Shown: one piece after another, positions 30,537-40,090 of the stretch | How positions within the stretch are numbered: the first letter of the stretch is position 1 | Layout: every line of letters starts with the position of its first letter | DNA from: Gammaproteobacteria bacterium | GTDB lineage: Bacteria; Pseudomonadota; Gammaproteobacteria; G965277405 | Direction: 5' to 3' | Assembly (NCBI GenBank): GCA_965277405.1 | Contig: OZ255726.1 | Span: 1,184,001 to 1,248,000 of the forward strand | Length of the DNA stretch: 64,000 bases | Notes under the pieces: generated by a model | What the model was told of the DNA's origin: nothing | The model's input: only the letters and a program-made list of their open reading frames with translations | Database searches by the model: none | Program-made: the position numbers and the translations under genes

Positions 30537-31720
30537 AAGACCACTGCATTAACAGATGTTTTCATAGAAAATATCTGTATTCCTCATTACTCAGAAAATC
30601 AGCGTCTGCGGAGTATCAACAGGTAAAAATCTTAGTTTTAGTGATGCTTTGGGAGGAAATTTCCTGGAGTGAACTTGATTGTTTGGTAGACCTCATACAT
30701 TGCAAGATCTTCGCCAACACCTGCGTATTGTGCCTAGCGACAATATCAGTATGTTTACAACACTGTTATTACCAACAGGGTACAATTTAGCAGATGAAGC
30801 TTGAGCCATGCAGGTGCTGGCGAATTAGTTTTCTTGAAATTTTGTAATTTTACTCTTGCAGGCAGCTGATGCGGCAATGGGTGTCCGTTTGCGGAAAAAG
30901 GTCAACACATAATCTTTGCAAAGCCCTGCTTGATGGCAGCATTCCATTGAACGTCAAAGCTTAAAACTAAGCAATGGCAATGTGTATCAGCGGATTACGT
31001 TGCTACAAAATGCTCGTCGTCGACGCCAGATGCTATCGAGTACGCATTAGCAAATGGAACACATGCAACAGGAGAAGTTGAATATGCCGATAATGTTGCT
31101 GCGTCATGGATGAGCAAAGGTGATAAGTTGCTGTATGGATATAGCTCTACTGTTGTAACAGATGAACATGGTATAGCGTTATCTGTTGATACGCATGCAG
31201 CGAATACCAGCGAGATGGGCAGATTTGCAAATGATATAGCAGATGCCCCTATCAAAGCCGGACAAACGCTTCTGTATGATAAGGGTGCTGCCAGCAAAGC
31301 AAATCAAGCATTTCTACGTGATAAGCAAATTCATGATGGAATTATGCGGAAAAAGCCACACGGTAAAGCAATGCCACACTGGCAAAAGGTGCGTAATAAG
31401 TTGATATTATCAAATTTGTGGTCGAGAGAACTTTCGGCTCAATGAAAAGGGTGTATGGTCTTCACCGCGCACGATATCTTGGCATAGCCAAAGTCCATGC
31501 TGATGTTGAAGGCGATGGCGTATAACTTGAAAAGGGCTAGCAATTATAGCAACAACAGCAGAAGTATTGCGCCTAAATTTAGGAAAATAGTCCGAAAAGC
31601 CCAGATAAATAGGCATATATGCGCCATTTTCGGCAAATTTAGTGATTTTTCAGTAAAAACCCCCAACTTGCAATTTTTTACTCTGCAAAGCAAAAAGTGA
31701 TGGGGTATTGCAGTGGTCTT
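30537..31720 (+). mobile_element. IS5-family insertion sequence, copy 1, transposase pseudogenised
   Basis: Inverted ends AAGACCACTGCA and TGCAGTGGTCTT; transposase fragments W.SKG..LYGY, DKG, VERTFG.MKR.YG..RARYLG..KV, AYNLKRA broken by stops and frameshifts. Confidence 0.88.
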
Positions 31721-32244
31721 AGTATTGATACACCGTCTTTGATTTGCTCGTAACTGTAGTTTTTACCCATGCGCTTTAACTCTTCCCTGACCTTGTAAAA
31801 AGTGGTTATTAACCAGAAATTATCGGTTTTAACGCTGTCATCATTTAGGAAAAACCCATCAGCAATAGAGAGTTTATGTAGGGCATGTTCTACAAATTCA
31901 GCAATCACGGTTTTATGAAACGCTCGTTTTTGTTTTTTACCCTCATTTATCACCGTGATATTAGCTGGTGAAATATCCAGCGTGTATTCTGTTTTGTTGT
32001 AAATTCATGGGCGAGATAGCACGGGTAACGAACCATCTGCATTTCTGAGATTATCCTGCTTTCAGCTAAACACGTCAGGCAGAGTTTGGTATAGCTCTAC
32101 ACTGTTTGAATAGTTATTGCTGACCAAGGTTTGAAATAAATCTAGCTGCACTGGGTGCGAATTTGAAGCTTCTTGCATACGCTTCATATGCTGGTCTTTA
32201 TGTAAAAGTATAGTTTTTGAATTTGGATTGTTGATATTGGTCAT
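31721..32244 (-). pseudogene. Putative plasmid replication initiator remnant; two in-frame TGA stops, truncated by IS copy 1
   Basis: ORFs 32062-32244 and 31678-31953 share one frame, bridged by 2 TGA; QLDLF beta-clamp-type motif; family assignment is by recall only. Confidence 0.5.
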
Positions 32245-32318
32245 AAACAGCTATCAATAATTAAAGTCTATTACCTTTATTTTAACGATAGCTGTGGAAA
32301 AGCAAGTTTTTAAAAATA

Positions 32319-33761
32319 TTAGTTATTTTTTATAGCATTTTGAATGATTGTATCAATCTCATTTCTTTGCTTTTCTATTTCCGTTTTAATTCTTGCTTGA
32401 GCGTCTAATCCTGCTTTTATTTCACTAACTATTTTTTGTTCCTTTTGGAGAGAAATATCTAATAGTGGCAATTCCTGTATTTGGCTTGGGAATATATTAG
32501 TATTGTTTCCAAGTCCTTTTTTATTGATTTCAACAAGGTATTGAAAATACTCAGTTCTAAAATAATAAAAAGCAAATAAACCATTATAATCTTTAAGCCT
32601 TATTTTCATAGTGAAGTCAGCAAATATGCCTTGCAATTCTTCATCGTCAATAATCGCCACCTTTCCAATTGTTCCTTCACCTGAACGTGCTAGTAAAATA
32701 TCATCAACCTGTACGGTCTTATTGTAATTGTCATTAGCAAATTTATCAGATACTAAGCGAGCATTTTCCTTTTCAAACCTCCAATTTTTGATGGTTGCCA
32801 TTGAGAGGTAATAATACGCTCCATCATCATCGTATTGCGCAGGAGATATGCCTTTACCCAAAACAATAGGCTCTGAAATAAAATCTTTGATTTTTTTATT
32901 GGTATGCTGTTTTAGTTCATCAAGAACAAATTTACCTGCTAGACGGTGAAATTTGGCACTATTACGCAAGTCTTTATTATTGCCAAAGTCTGACACATTA
33001 AAATCGAATATTTTTACTTTCTTTAAGCTTTCAAATTCATCAAGATTAAATTTAAACTCTCTTGCAAAAACCAAATTAATAATATCTTGAGAGGTTTTGA
33101 TTTTGGCTTTTAATTTTTTTATTTTTTGTTCGATTGGTTCAATTTTTTTTAACAGAAACTTTTCATTTTCTTCATACAAATTGATTATCTTTGAATCTAG
33201 TCTGATAGAAAATAAATCATCAACTTTTAATGTTGGATACCCTTTTCCTTGTCTAGAGATTGACATTAAATTCTTATAAAACACTGTTCTAAGAGAGTAA
33301 TAAAGCAGTTTGTTTAGTTTTTTTGGCTTTAACTGTATCAGAGCTGTTGTATAAAAAATGTTTGATAGGTCATCATCAATAAACACATATTTCTTCAGGT
33401 TGGGTCTAACTTTTGATAATAATATATTTCCAGAATTAGCAGTTTGAATATCGCCTTTTTCTATTTTCTTAAAGTAATCTTCTACAAGTTCATCCCGTGT
33501 TGAAAATTCTAACGCAACTGGCTCAGCATCGCCTTGTTTTGTTACATGACCAATTTCTGAATATCTAAAAGGTATTTCTTCTATTTTCTCAATAATACTT
33601 AGACGTTCTTTTTTATCACATTCAATAATGTCAAATAGTTCATTAAAAGAGAGTGAGCTTTCTTTCGTAGTCTTGCTAAAATCAATAAAATCCACGTCAC
33701 ACCTCAGAGAGTTTTCCGCAGATAGTTTGTTTAGCTGGACATCAAACTGCTTTAATCCCAT
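32319..33761 (-). CDS. Restriction-modification specificity (S) subunit with two target-recognition domains
   Basis: GNILLSKVRPNL..G.GYP and DDILLARSGEGTIGKVA...Q.KIV.EI repeats with coiled-coil spacers. Confidence 0.85.
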   Translation of the reverse strand: MGLKQFDVQLNKLSAENSLRCDVDFIDFSKTTKESSLSFNELFDIIECDKKERLSIIEKIEEIPFRYSEIGHVTKQGDAEPVALEFSTRDELVEDYFKKIEKGDIQTANSGNILLSKVRPNLKKYVFIDDDLSNIFYTTALIQLKPKKLNKLLYYSLRTVFYKNLMSISRQGKGYPTLKVDDLFSIRLDSKIINLYEENEKFLLKKIEPIEQKIKKLKAKIKTSQDIINLVFAREFKFNLDEFESLKKVKIFDFNVSDFGNNKDLRNSAKFHRLAGKFVLDELKQHTNKKIKDFISEPIVLGKGISPAQYDDDGAYYYLSMATIKNWRFEKENARLVSDKFANDNYNKTVQVDDILLARSGEGTIGKVAIIDDEELQGIFADFTMKIRLKDYNGLFAFYYFRTEYFQYLVEINKKGLGNNTNIFPSQIQELPLLDISLQKEQKIVSEIKAGLDAQARIKTEIEKQRNEIDTIIQNAIKNN

Positions 33762-36136
33762 TCAACATCTCTCAAGAAATCTAGTGCTGTTTGTTTTACA
33801 CCATCATCAACTATTACCTCATTATCAGTATTTAAACGATAAAGGTCATTAGGCATTGGTTTTTCGCCTCGTTTAGTACGTTTGTAGCCTACATGGTCGA
33901 CTTCTGCCATAAATATTGAATAGCTTAGTGCTTGTGCCACTTCACCAAACACCCACCAAGTATTAACAAAACCAAAGCTCTCTTTGGTGTCTTTGTCAAA
34001 TTTACATAGCTCAAGAATTTCAGATTGGTATTTTTCTACCAGTTCTTTTAAAGCTAAACTATCATCATCATCTTCGAGGTAATCTTTTAACAGTCGGTGT
34101 AGGTTGTTTTTTCTCTGCTGTTCGCTTTCTTTTGCAATTGCCCACTTTTTAGATATGGCTTTGTTTTTTATGAAATGCTCAACTTCTTTTTCACAGCGAG
34201 TTTTTAATAAGCTCCATTCATTAGAATATTTACTCCATGATTCATTCCATTGTTTGATTTCATCCTCTGTTTTCTTTTGAGCAAAAAGCAAGCTTGTTTT
34301 AGTTGATGTATAAGGCTCAAAGGCAACTTGTGGTAACGAAACAACAGCTTTAACTTTGAAATATTTATAAACAAATAAACGAATATATTTGTTTTCAGTA
34401 GTGTCAAACACGCTCTCAGGTAGAACAGCCGCAAAACGTCCATTTGGCTTTAAGAGTTGATACCACCTTTCAATAAACAAATTTTCAGAGTTCTTTTTAT
34501 CTCCAAAGACAAACTCTTTTTTTACGTTTTTCTTGGTTTCGTTGTCCAAATCTACACTAAAAGGCGGATTGGTAATAATAATATCAAATTGCTTGTTGAC
34601 CTCTTTATCAGCATAAAGATTATCAGGTTCGTATTGTTTTAAGAAGTTAGGTGCAGTTTCTTTATTGTATAGCTTAAATGGCAATAACCCGTCTTTTACA
34701 AAAATGTTATTTGAGCCATCGCCATGTAGAATCATATTGACTTTGGTGGCTGTACCTAAATTAAAGTTAATTTCTGAGCCGTAAATATAGTCTTTAGCCC
34801 ACTTGTTTTCTCGATGGTCGGGCATAAACCATTGGTGATAATTATCCTCAATATCCCTAGTTTCATCTAGCTTATCCTTAAAGCGATATTTTAGGTTTTT
34901 GGTAATAAATTTCATATACTCAATTAAGAAAGTACCACTACCAGCACTTGGGTCAATCAGGTATGGAATTTCTAAATCACGATTAACCCTAGTAACTGCT
35001 AATTTATCGAGCTGTAAACCCCATAAAAGAAATCTAACGATATTAATGTGAGTAAAAAACTGCCCTTTGGTTTGCTTGAAGCCTTCTCTGATAATCCCCT
35101 CAAAGAAATCACCCAAAATATCTTTGCCTTCAAAGCTGTTTTTACCATCAACAAATGAATATTTTTCAAGCTCCTGAACAGTGTATTTTAGCTTGCCTAA
35201 TGAGAATTTATTTTCATCGACCACATAAGATTTTTTTAACTTATTTTCGTCAAGAATGTTTAAGCGTTGCTTTAATGCTCGACGATAAAGATTGTTAATG
35301 CGGTCAAATAATGTATCTTTAGTTTCAAAATCTTCATCAGATGTCTTTGCATAAGAAAAAATTTGAAAATCATATTTTTCACCTTTTTTCTTTTCACTTT
35401 CGTCTTGAATTTTTGCCAATATAAGATTGGTTAATGACGAAAAAACCTCATTATCATCTGTGCCACCACCACCCCACAAAACGTTATGCAAGTTTTTTCT
35501 TAAATTTTCTAGTTGCTCATGGGTAAAGTTGGTCTCTAAATCTTTTTTACCACTTTTTATAAAAGGTTCTTTTTGCGCCTTGCCGTATCTTTCAGGTAGT
35601 TCATCAGCAAAATTTCGCTCTTCTTTCCATGAATCAAAAGAAGTGTATTTTTCATAATCAATGACAACGCTTTTATCTTTGATTTCATTGTTGACAACAT
35701 CAAATGAATAAAGAACAAGATACTTGACACCTATACCTTGACCTTTTTCTTGTGAGGCGAGATTGAAGAGCTGTTTTTCTATTACCTCGTCTTTATCCTT
35801 TTCATAGTCTTCTGGGCTTTTAAGCTCCATATAAAGAAAGGCATTTTTTTGATTATCTCTTACTACTATATCAATTCTTGGTTTGTTTACCTTGGGTCTA
35901 CCAATATCGTATTCTTTTTCAATTTCGATATTTTCAGGTTTATAGCCAAGTTCGTTAATTAGCTTGGTAAGAATATAAGCCCTAACTATTTCCTCGTTGC
36001 CTGTAACTTTTTTAACTTCTCTAGGTTGTTTAATTTGTGGTACGTAATCAATCGTCTTTTTATCAAAATCAACTTTTTGTACTGCTGGTATCCTTTGTTT
36101 TTTAATATACTCTTTAACCGCTAATGATATTTCCAT
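33752..36136 (-). CDS. Fused restriction endonuclease/N6-adenine DNA methyltransferase (type IIB/IIG-like architecture)
   Basis: N-terminal EEIVRA...GY...RIDIVV...MELK PD-(D/E)xK-like domain; GQFFT, DPSAGSGTFL, NPPF; start at MEISL. Confidence 0.88.
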   Translation of the reverse strand: MEISLAVKEYIKKQRIPAVQKVDFDKKTIDYVPQIKQPREVKKVTGNEEIVRAYILTKLINELGYKPENIEIEKEYDIGRPKVNKPRIDIVVRDNQKNAFLYMELKSPEDYEKDKDEVIEKQLFNLASQEKGQGIGVKYLVLYSFDVVNNEIKDKSVVIDYEKYTSFDSWKEERNFADELPERYGKAQKEPFIKSGKKDLETNFTHEQLENLRKNLHNVLWGGGGTDDNEVFSSLTNLILAKIQDESEKKKGEKYDFQIFSYAKTSDEDFETKDTLFDRINNLYRRALKQRLNILDENKLKKSYVVDENKFSLGKLKYTVQELEKYSFVDGKNSFEGKDILGDFFEGIIREGFKQTKGQFFTHINIVRFLLWGLQLDKLAVTRVNRDLEIPYLIDPSAGSGTFLIEYMKFITKNLKYRFKDKLDETRDIEDNYHQWFMPDHRENKWAKDYIYGSEINFNLGTATKVNMILHGDGSNNIFVKDGLLPFKLYNKETAPNFLKQYEPDNLYADKEVNKQFDIIITNPPFSVDLDNETKKNVKKEFVFGDKKNSENLFIERWYQLLKPNGRFAAVLPESVFDTTENKYIRLFVYKYFKVKAVVSLPQVAFEPYTSTKTSLLFAQKKTEDEIKQWNESWSKYSNEWSLLKTRCEKEVEHFIKNKAISKKWAIAKESEQQRKNNLHRLLKDYLEDDDDSLALKELVEKYQSEILELCKFDKDTKESFGFVNTWWVFGEVAQALSYSIFMAEVDHVGYKRTKRGEKPMPNDLYRLNTDNEVIVDDGVKQTALDFLRDVEWD

Positions 36137-36149
36137 AGATGACTTTATT

Positions 36150-36512
36150 CTAAATTTGGTGTTTGTGATTTGATAAATTACGCTTAGAGGTTCTAGCTGA
36201 TTTGATTTCTTGTTGGCGTTTGTTTTGCACAAACTCAACTAACTCATCATTACTGATAAAACCTTGCTCCTTGGCTTGCTTCATTTCATCAACACTGATT
36301 TGTTCAGTTGCCATTTTTAAGCTATCGGCACTGATTTTGTAGGCTTGCTCAATCTCTTCTCTTTCGCCCAAGGTATCAGACCAGTTTTCATCATCTGCAA
36401 ATTTAAGGCTAGCCTCTGCATTTAGATAAGATTTGAAGACGTACCGATGCGCTGAAACTCTCTCTTTAAGCGAGTGATCTTTTGGTGTGAAGATATGTGC
36501 GTTATCGGTCAT
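36150..36512 (-). CDS. Hypothetical protein (island cargo)
   Basis: Intact charged ORF of about 120 aa, 13 nt upstream of the RM gene, same composition as the island. Confidence 0.6.
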   Translation of the reverse strand: MTDNAHIFTPKDHSLKERVSAHRYVFKSYLNAEASLKFADDENWSDTLGEREEIEQAYKISADSLKMATEQISVDEMKQAKEQGFISNDELVEFVQNKRQQEIKSARTSKRNLSNHKHQI

Positions 36513-36562
36513 GGTAAAATTATAATACAATCATGCTATTAATGACTAATTTTACACCATAC

Positions 36563-37737
36563 AAGACCATTGCATTAACATATGTTTTCATAGAAAATAT
36601 CTGTATTCCTCATTACTCGGAAAATCAGCGTCTGCGGAGTATCAACAGATCAAAATCTTAGTTTTACTGATGCTTTGGTGGAAATTCCCGCTAGTGAACT
36701 CGATTGTTTGGAAGACCTCATAGATTGGAAAGATCTTCGCCAACACCTGCGTATTGTGCCTAGCGACAATATCAGTATGTTTACAACACTGTTATTACCA
36801 ACAGGGTACAATTTAGCAGATGAAGCTTGAGCCATGCAGGTGCTGGCGAATTAGTTTTCTTGAAATTTTGTAATTTTACTCTTGCAGGCAGCTGATGCGG
36901 CAATGGGTGTCCGCTTGCGGAAAAAGGTCAACACATAATCTTTTCATAGCCCTCCTTGATAGCAGCATGCCATTGAACGTCAAAGCTTAAAACTAAGCAA
37001 TGCCAATATGTATCAGCGGATTACGTTGCTACAAAATGCTCGTCGTCGACGCCAGATGCTATCGAGTACGCATTAGCAAATGGAACACATGCAACAGGAG
37101 AGGTTGAATATGCCGATGATGTTGCTGCGTCATCTATGAGCAAAGGTGATAAGTTGCTGTATGGTTATAGTGCTACTGTGGTAACAGATGAACATGGTGA
37201 TATCTGTTGCTACGCATGCGGCGCATACCAGCGCGATGGGCAGATTTGCATATTATATATAGCAGATGCACCTATCAAAGCTGGACGAACGCTTGTGTAT
37301 GATAAGACCAGCAAAGCCAAGAATTTCTTGGTGATAAGCAAATTGATGATGGAAGTATGCGGGAAAAGCCACGCGGTAAACAAATGCCACACTGGCAAAA
37401 GGCTGGTACCTGTTGCTATCAGCAAATTTGTAGTCGAGAGAACTTGCGGCACAATGACAATGGTGTATGGTCTGCACCGCGCACACTATCTTGGCATAGC
37501 CAAAGTCGATGCAGAGGTTGAAGGCGATGGCGTATAACTTGAACAGGGGTAGCAATTATAGCTACAACAGCAGCAGTATTGCTCTTAAATGTTGGGAAAT
37601 AGCACCAAAAAAGTCTGGATAAATTGGGATATATGCGCAATTTACGGCACATTTTGTGTATTTTTTCAGTAAAAATCTCAAATTTGCAATTTCCTACTCT
37701 TCAAAGCAAAAAATGATGTGGCTATTGCAGTGGTCTT
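36563..37737 (+). mobile_element. IS5-family insertion sequence, copy 2, transposase pseudogenised
   Basis: Ends AAGACCATTGCA and TGCAGTGGTCTT; colinear with 30537-31720; N-terminal QNLSFTDAL...LEDLIDW. Confidence 0.88.
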
Positions 37738-37971
37738 ACAATAGTTAGCACATTATGGCAGAAAAGCTGATTTTTTGGGTTTTTCAGCAGTTCCTTAATA
37801 ATAAACACCATGTTTGTGGGGTTTTTTGGTGGTGGACTATTGAGGTGCGTTGCGTTGTTGACTGCTTTTAAACATGGCTATGTCAGTCACAAAACAAGCT
37901 GTCGTCGATCACCTGGCTAAGTCGCACCTTGCTAATAATGACTTCAGCAGAGTTTGCATCTGGACATAGTA

Positions 37972-38121
37972 TTACAAGCTATCAAATGAGCTGTCGCTGC
38001 TGGAGTCGTAATATAAAAATGTTTCATTGCGTGGCGAAGCCGCATCTGGAACATACAGTAGCCCCTGTTGCCCACAACTACTTAAGAGTATTGTCACCAG
38101 CACAAAAACTATACGCTTCAT
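37972..38121 (-). CDS. Small lipoprotein, LppL/LptM (YifL) family
   Basis: MKRIVFVLVTILLSSCGQQGLLYVP (CG..G.LY.P); ATGA overlap with the hldE stop. Confidence 0.75.
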   Translation of the reverse strand: MKRIVFVLVTILLSSCGQQGLLYVPDAASPRNETFLYYDSSSDSSFDSL

Positions 38122-39539
38122 GTGTTTTTTGCTTGTATGGTTTGGATGATATGTGTGGTAGAAATGCTCGGCTGCAAACAAAGAAGTGATACTTCGCCAC
38201 CATATGCCTCAACTATTTGTCGACCAACTATTTCGTCCGTTGCAGAGTAATCGCCTCCTTTCACCAATATGTCTGGTTTGATGCAAGTTAAAAGTTGTGC
38301 TGGGGTATCTTGTGAAAATGGAATAACCCAGTCAACACAGCCGAGTGCTGCAATTATTTGTAACCGTTGCTCAATCGGGTTGATTGGTCGGTCTTTGCCT
38401 TTGAGTCGTGTTACTGATTGATCATCATTTAACGCAACAATGAGTTTGTCGCCAAGAGATTTTGCTTGTTGCAAATAGGCTACATGACCTGCATGGAGAA
38501 TATCAAAGCAACCATTGGTAAAGATAATGCGTTTGTGTTGTGATTGAGCACGCTGAACTTGATGCAGCAATGTTGACAACGGCAGCGCTGCATTAGTAGT
38601 TTCAGGTTGTAGTGCGTGCATGAGTTCGTTCGCAGACACTTGGGCTGTGCCAATTTTCTCTACCACCAGCCCGGCGGCAACATTGGCAATGCGTACCGAC
38701 TCTGCAACACTTTCCCCCCTACTAAGCATTGTCGCTACAGTTGCGATAACGGTATCGCCTGCCCCTGTCACATCATAGACTTCTCTTGCCATTGTTGGAA
38801 TATGAATCGCTGTTGTATTGTTGACGAGCGTTATTCCCTGCGCACCTCGGGTGACGAGCATATACTCAATATCATATTGTTGACACAGCTCTCTGGCTGT
38901 TTTCTCAATGATAGCGTTATTTGCACATATTCCGACGATGCATTCAAATTCGTTGAGGTTTGGAGTAAGCATTGTCGCGCCACGGTATTTTTCGATATTG
39001 CTGCCTTTTGGGTCGACCAGTACCGGTATTTTGTGTGCACGGGCTAATTGAATGAGTGGTTGACAATCTTGCAAAGTACCTTTGCCATAGTCTGAAAGTA
39101 CCAGAGTCGTAACTTGGTTAAGCATTTTTGCAAATATCTGCAATTGTTGTTTGCTGGTGTCAGGAATGGGGTCTTCAAAATCAACGCGTAACAATTGCTG
39201 TTGATGTGCCATGCAGCGGACTTTTTCAATAGTGCGCGCAGGGCTATGTATGGGCTGCCACTGTATACCAGACGCCTGTAGTACAGTATTAAGTGCTGCG
39301 TATGCTTGGTCATGACCAACAACACCGCAGAGGGAAACAACAGCACCAAGCGCTGCGCAGTTTTGCGCGACGTTGGCAGCACCACCGGCCACTGAGCGCG
39401 TTGTGGTCACGCCTAAAACTGGGACAGGCGCTTCTGGGGATATGCGTTGCGCGCTACCTTGCCAATACGTATCGACCATCACATCACCAAAAACGGCGAT
39501 ATGGGTGGTGGTCTTTGAGCTATCGATCAGAGATTCCAT
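38118..39539 (-). CDS. hldE: Bifunctional heptose kinase/adenylyltransferase
   Basis: RISPEAPVPV, DVTGAGDT, FTNGCFDILHAGH. Confidence 0.95.
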   Translation of the reverse strand: MESLIDSSKTTTHIAVFGDVMVDTYWQGSAQRISPEAPVPVLGVTTTRSVAGGAANVAQNCAALGAVVSLCGVVGHDQAYAALNTVLQASGIQWQPIHSPARTIEKVRCMAHQQQLLRVDFEDPIPDTSKQQLQIFAKMLNQVTTLVLSDYGKGTLQDCQPLIQLARAHKIPVLVDPKGSNIEKYRGATMLTPNLNEFECIVGICANNAIIEKTARELCQQYDIEYMLVTRGAQGITLVNNTTAIHIPTMAREVYDVTGAGDTVIATVATMLSRGESVAESVRIANVAAGLVVEKIGTAQVSANELMHALQPETTNAALPLSTLLHQVQRAQSQHKRIIFTNGCFDILHAGHVAYLQQAKSLGDKLIVALNDDQSVTRLKGKDRPINPIEQRLQIIAALGCVDWVIPFSQDTPAQLLTCIKPDILVKGGDYSATDEIVGRQIVEAYGGEVSLLCLQPSISTTHIIQTIQAKNT

Positions 39540-39556
39540 AGGTAGAAAACAGAAAT

Positions 39557-39885
39557 GAAGTTGGCCGATAAGCCGGGTTCTGTCGTGGACAGTTATTCAT
39601 CTGCATGTTTAGTCGCCTAAACATTGTAGCAGCCTACCCGAATCCATTGCGGACCGCAATGCAGGATTCCTATTTGGCCTTGCTCCAAGTGGGGTTTACC
39701 TTGCCACATTTGTTGCCAAATGTGCGGTGTGCTCTTACCACACCGTTTCACCCTTACCTGCGATGCAGGCGGTTTATTTTCTGTTGCACTTGCCGTCAAC
39801 TCGCGTTGCCCAGACGTTATCTGGCACTTTGTCCTGTGGAGCCCGGACTTTCCTCTGTTTACACAGCAACTGTCTAGCCAACTTC
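39557..39885 (-). ncRNA. rnpB: RNase P RNA (type A)
   Basis: Minus strand GAAGTTGGCTAGACAG...GAGGAAAGTCCGGGCTCC...GGGTGAAACGGTG...GGTAAACCCCAC...ACAGAACCCGGCTTATCGGCCAACTTC; ends pair as P1. Confidence 0.97.
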
Positions 39886-40090
39886 ATGGCGAAGAATAGC
39901 AAATCTGAACAATAACAACAACACGCAAAGCTGCGATTACGTCGTTGATATTGCTGCAAGATGGAGTGTATACGTCCAGTTTGTATGTAATATGGTCACT
40001 TCAGGATAAATACTTCTACAGTTGGGCGTTGCTGTAGAAATTACCTGCGCGCTATGTAAAATCCGATTTTGCTTTTTTTGTTGAAACAAC

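Noticed and set aside
30537-31720. The dead IS5 copies as the mobiliser of the miniature elements
   Set aside because: Terminal repeats differ (AAGACCACTGCA vs GGAAGCTCTGATTAA) and both transposases are disrupted.
31954-32064. TGA recoding (Trp, Gly or Sec) suggested by two in-frame TGA codons
   Set aside because: The long neighbouring island ORFs contain no internal TGA, host genes use TGA as stop, and the gene is also truncated by the IS; nonsense mutation is simpler.
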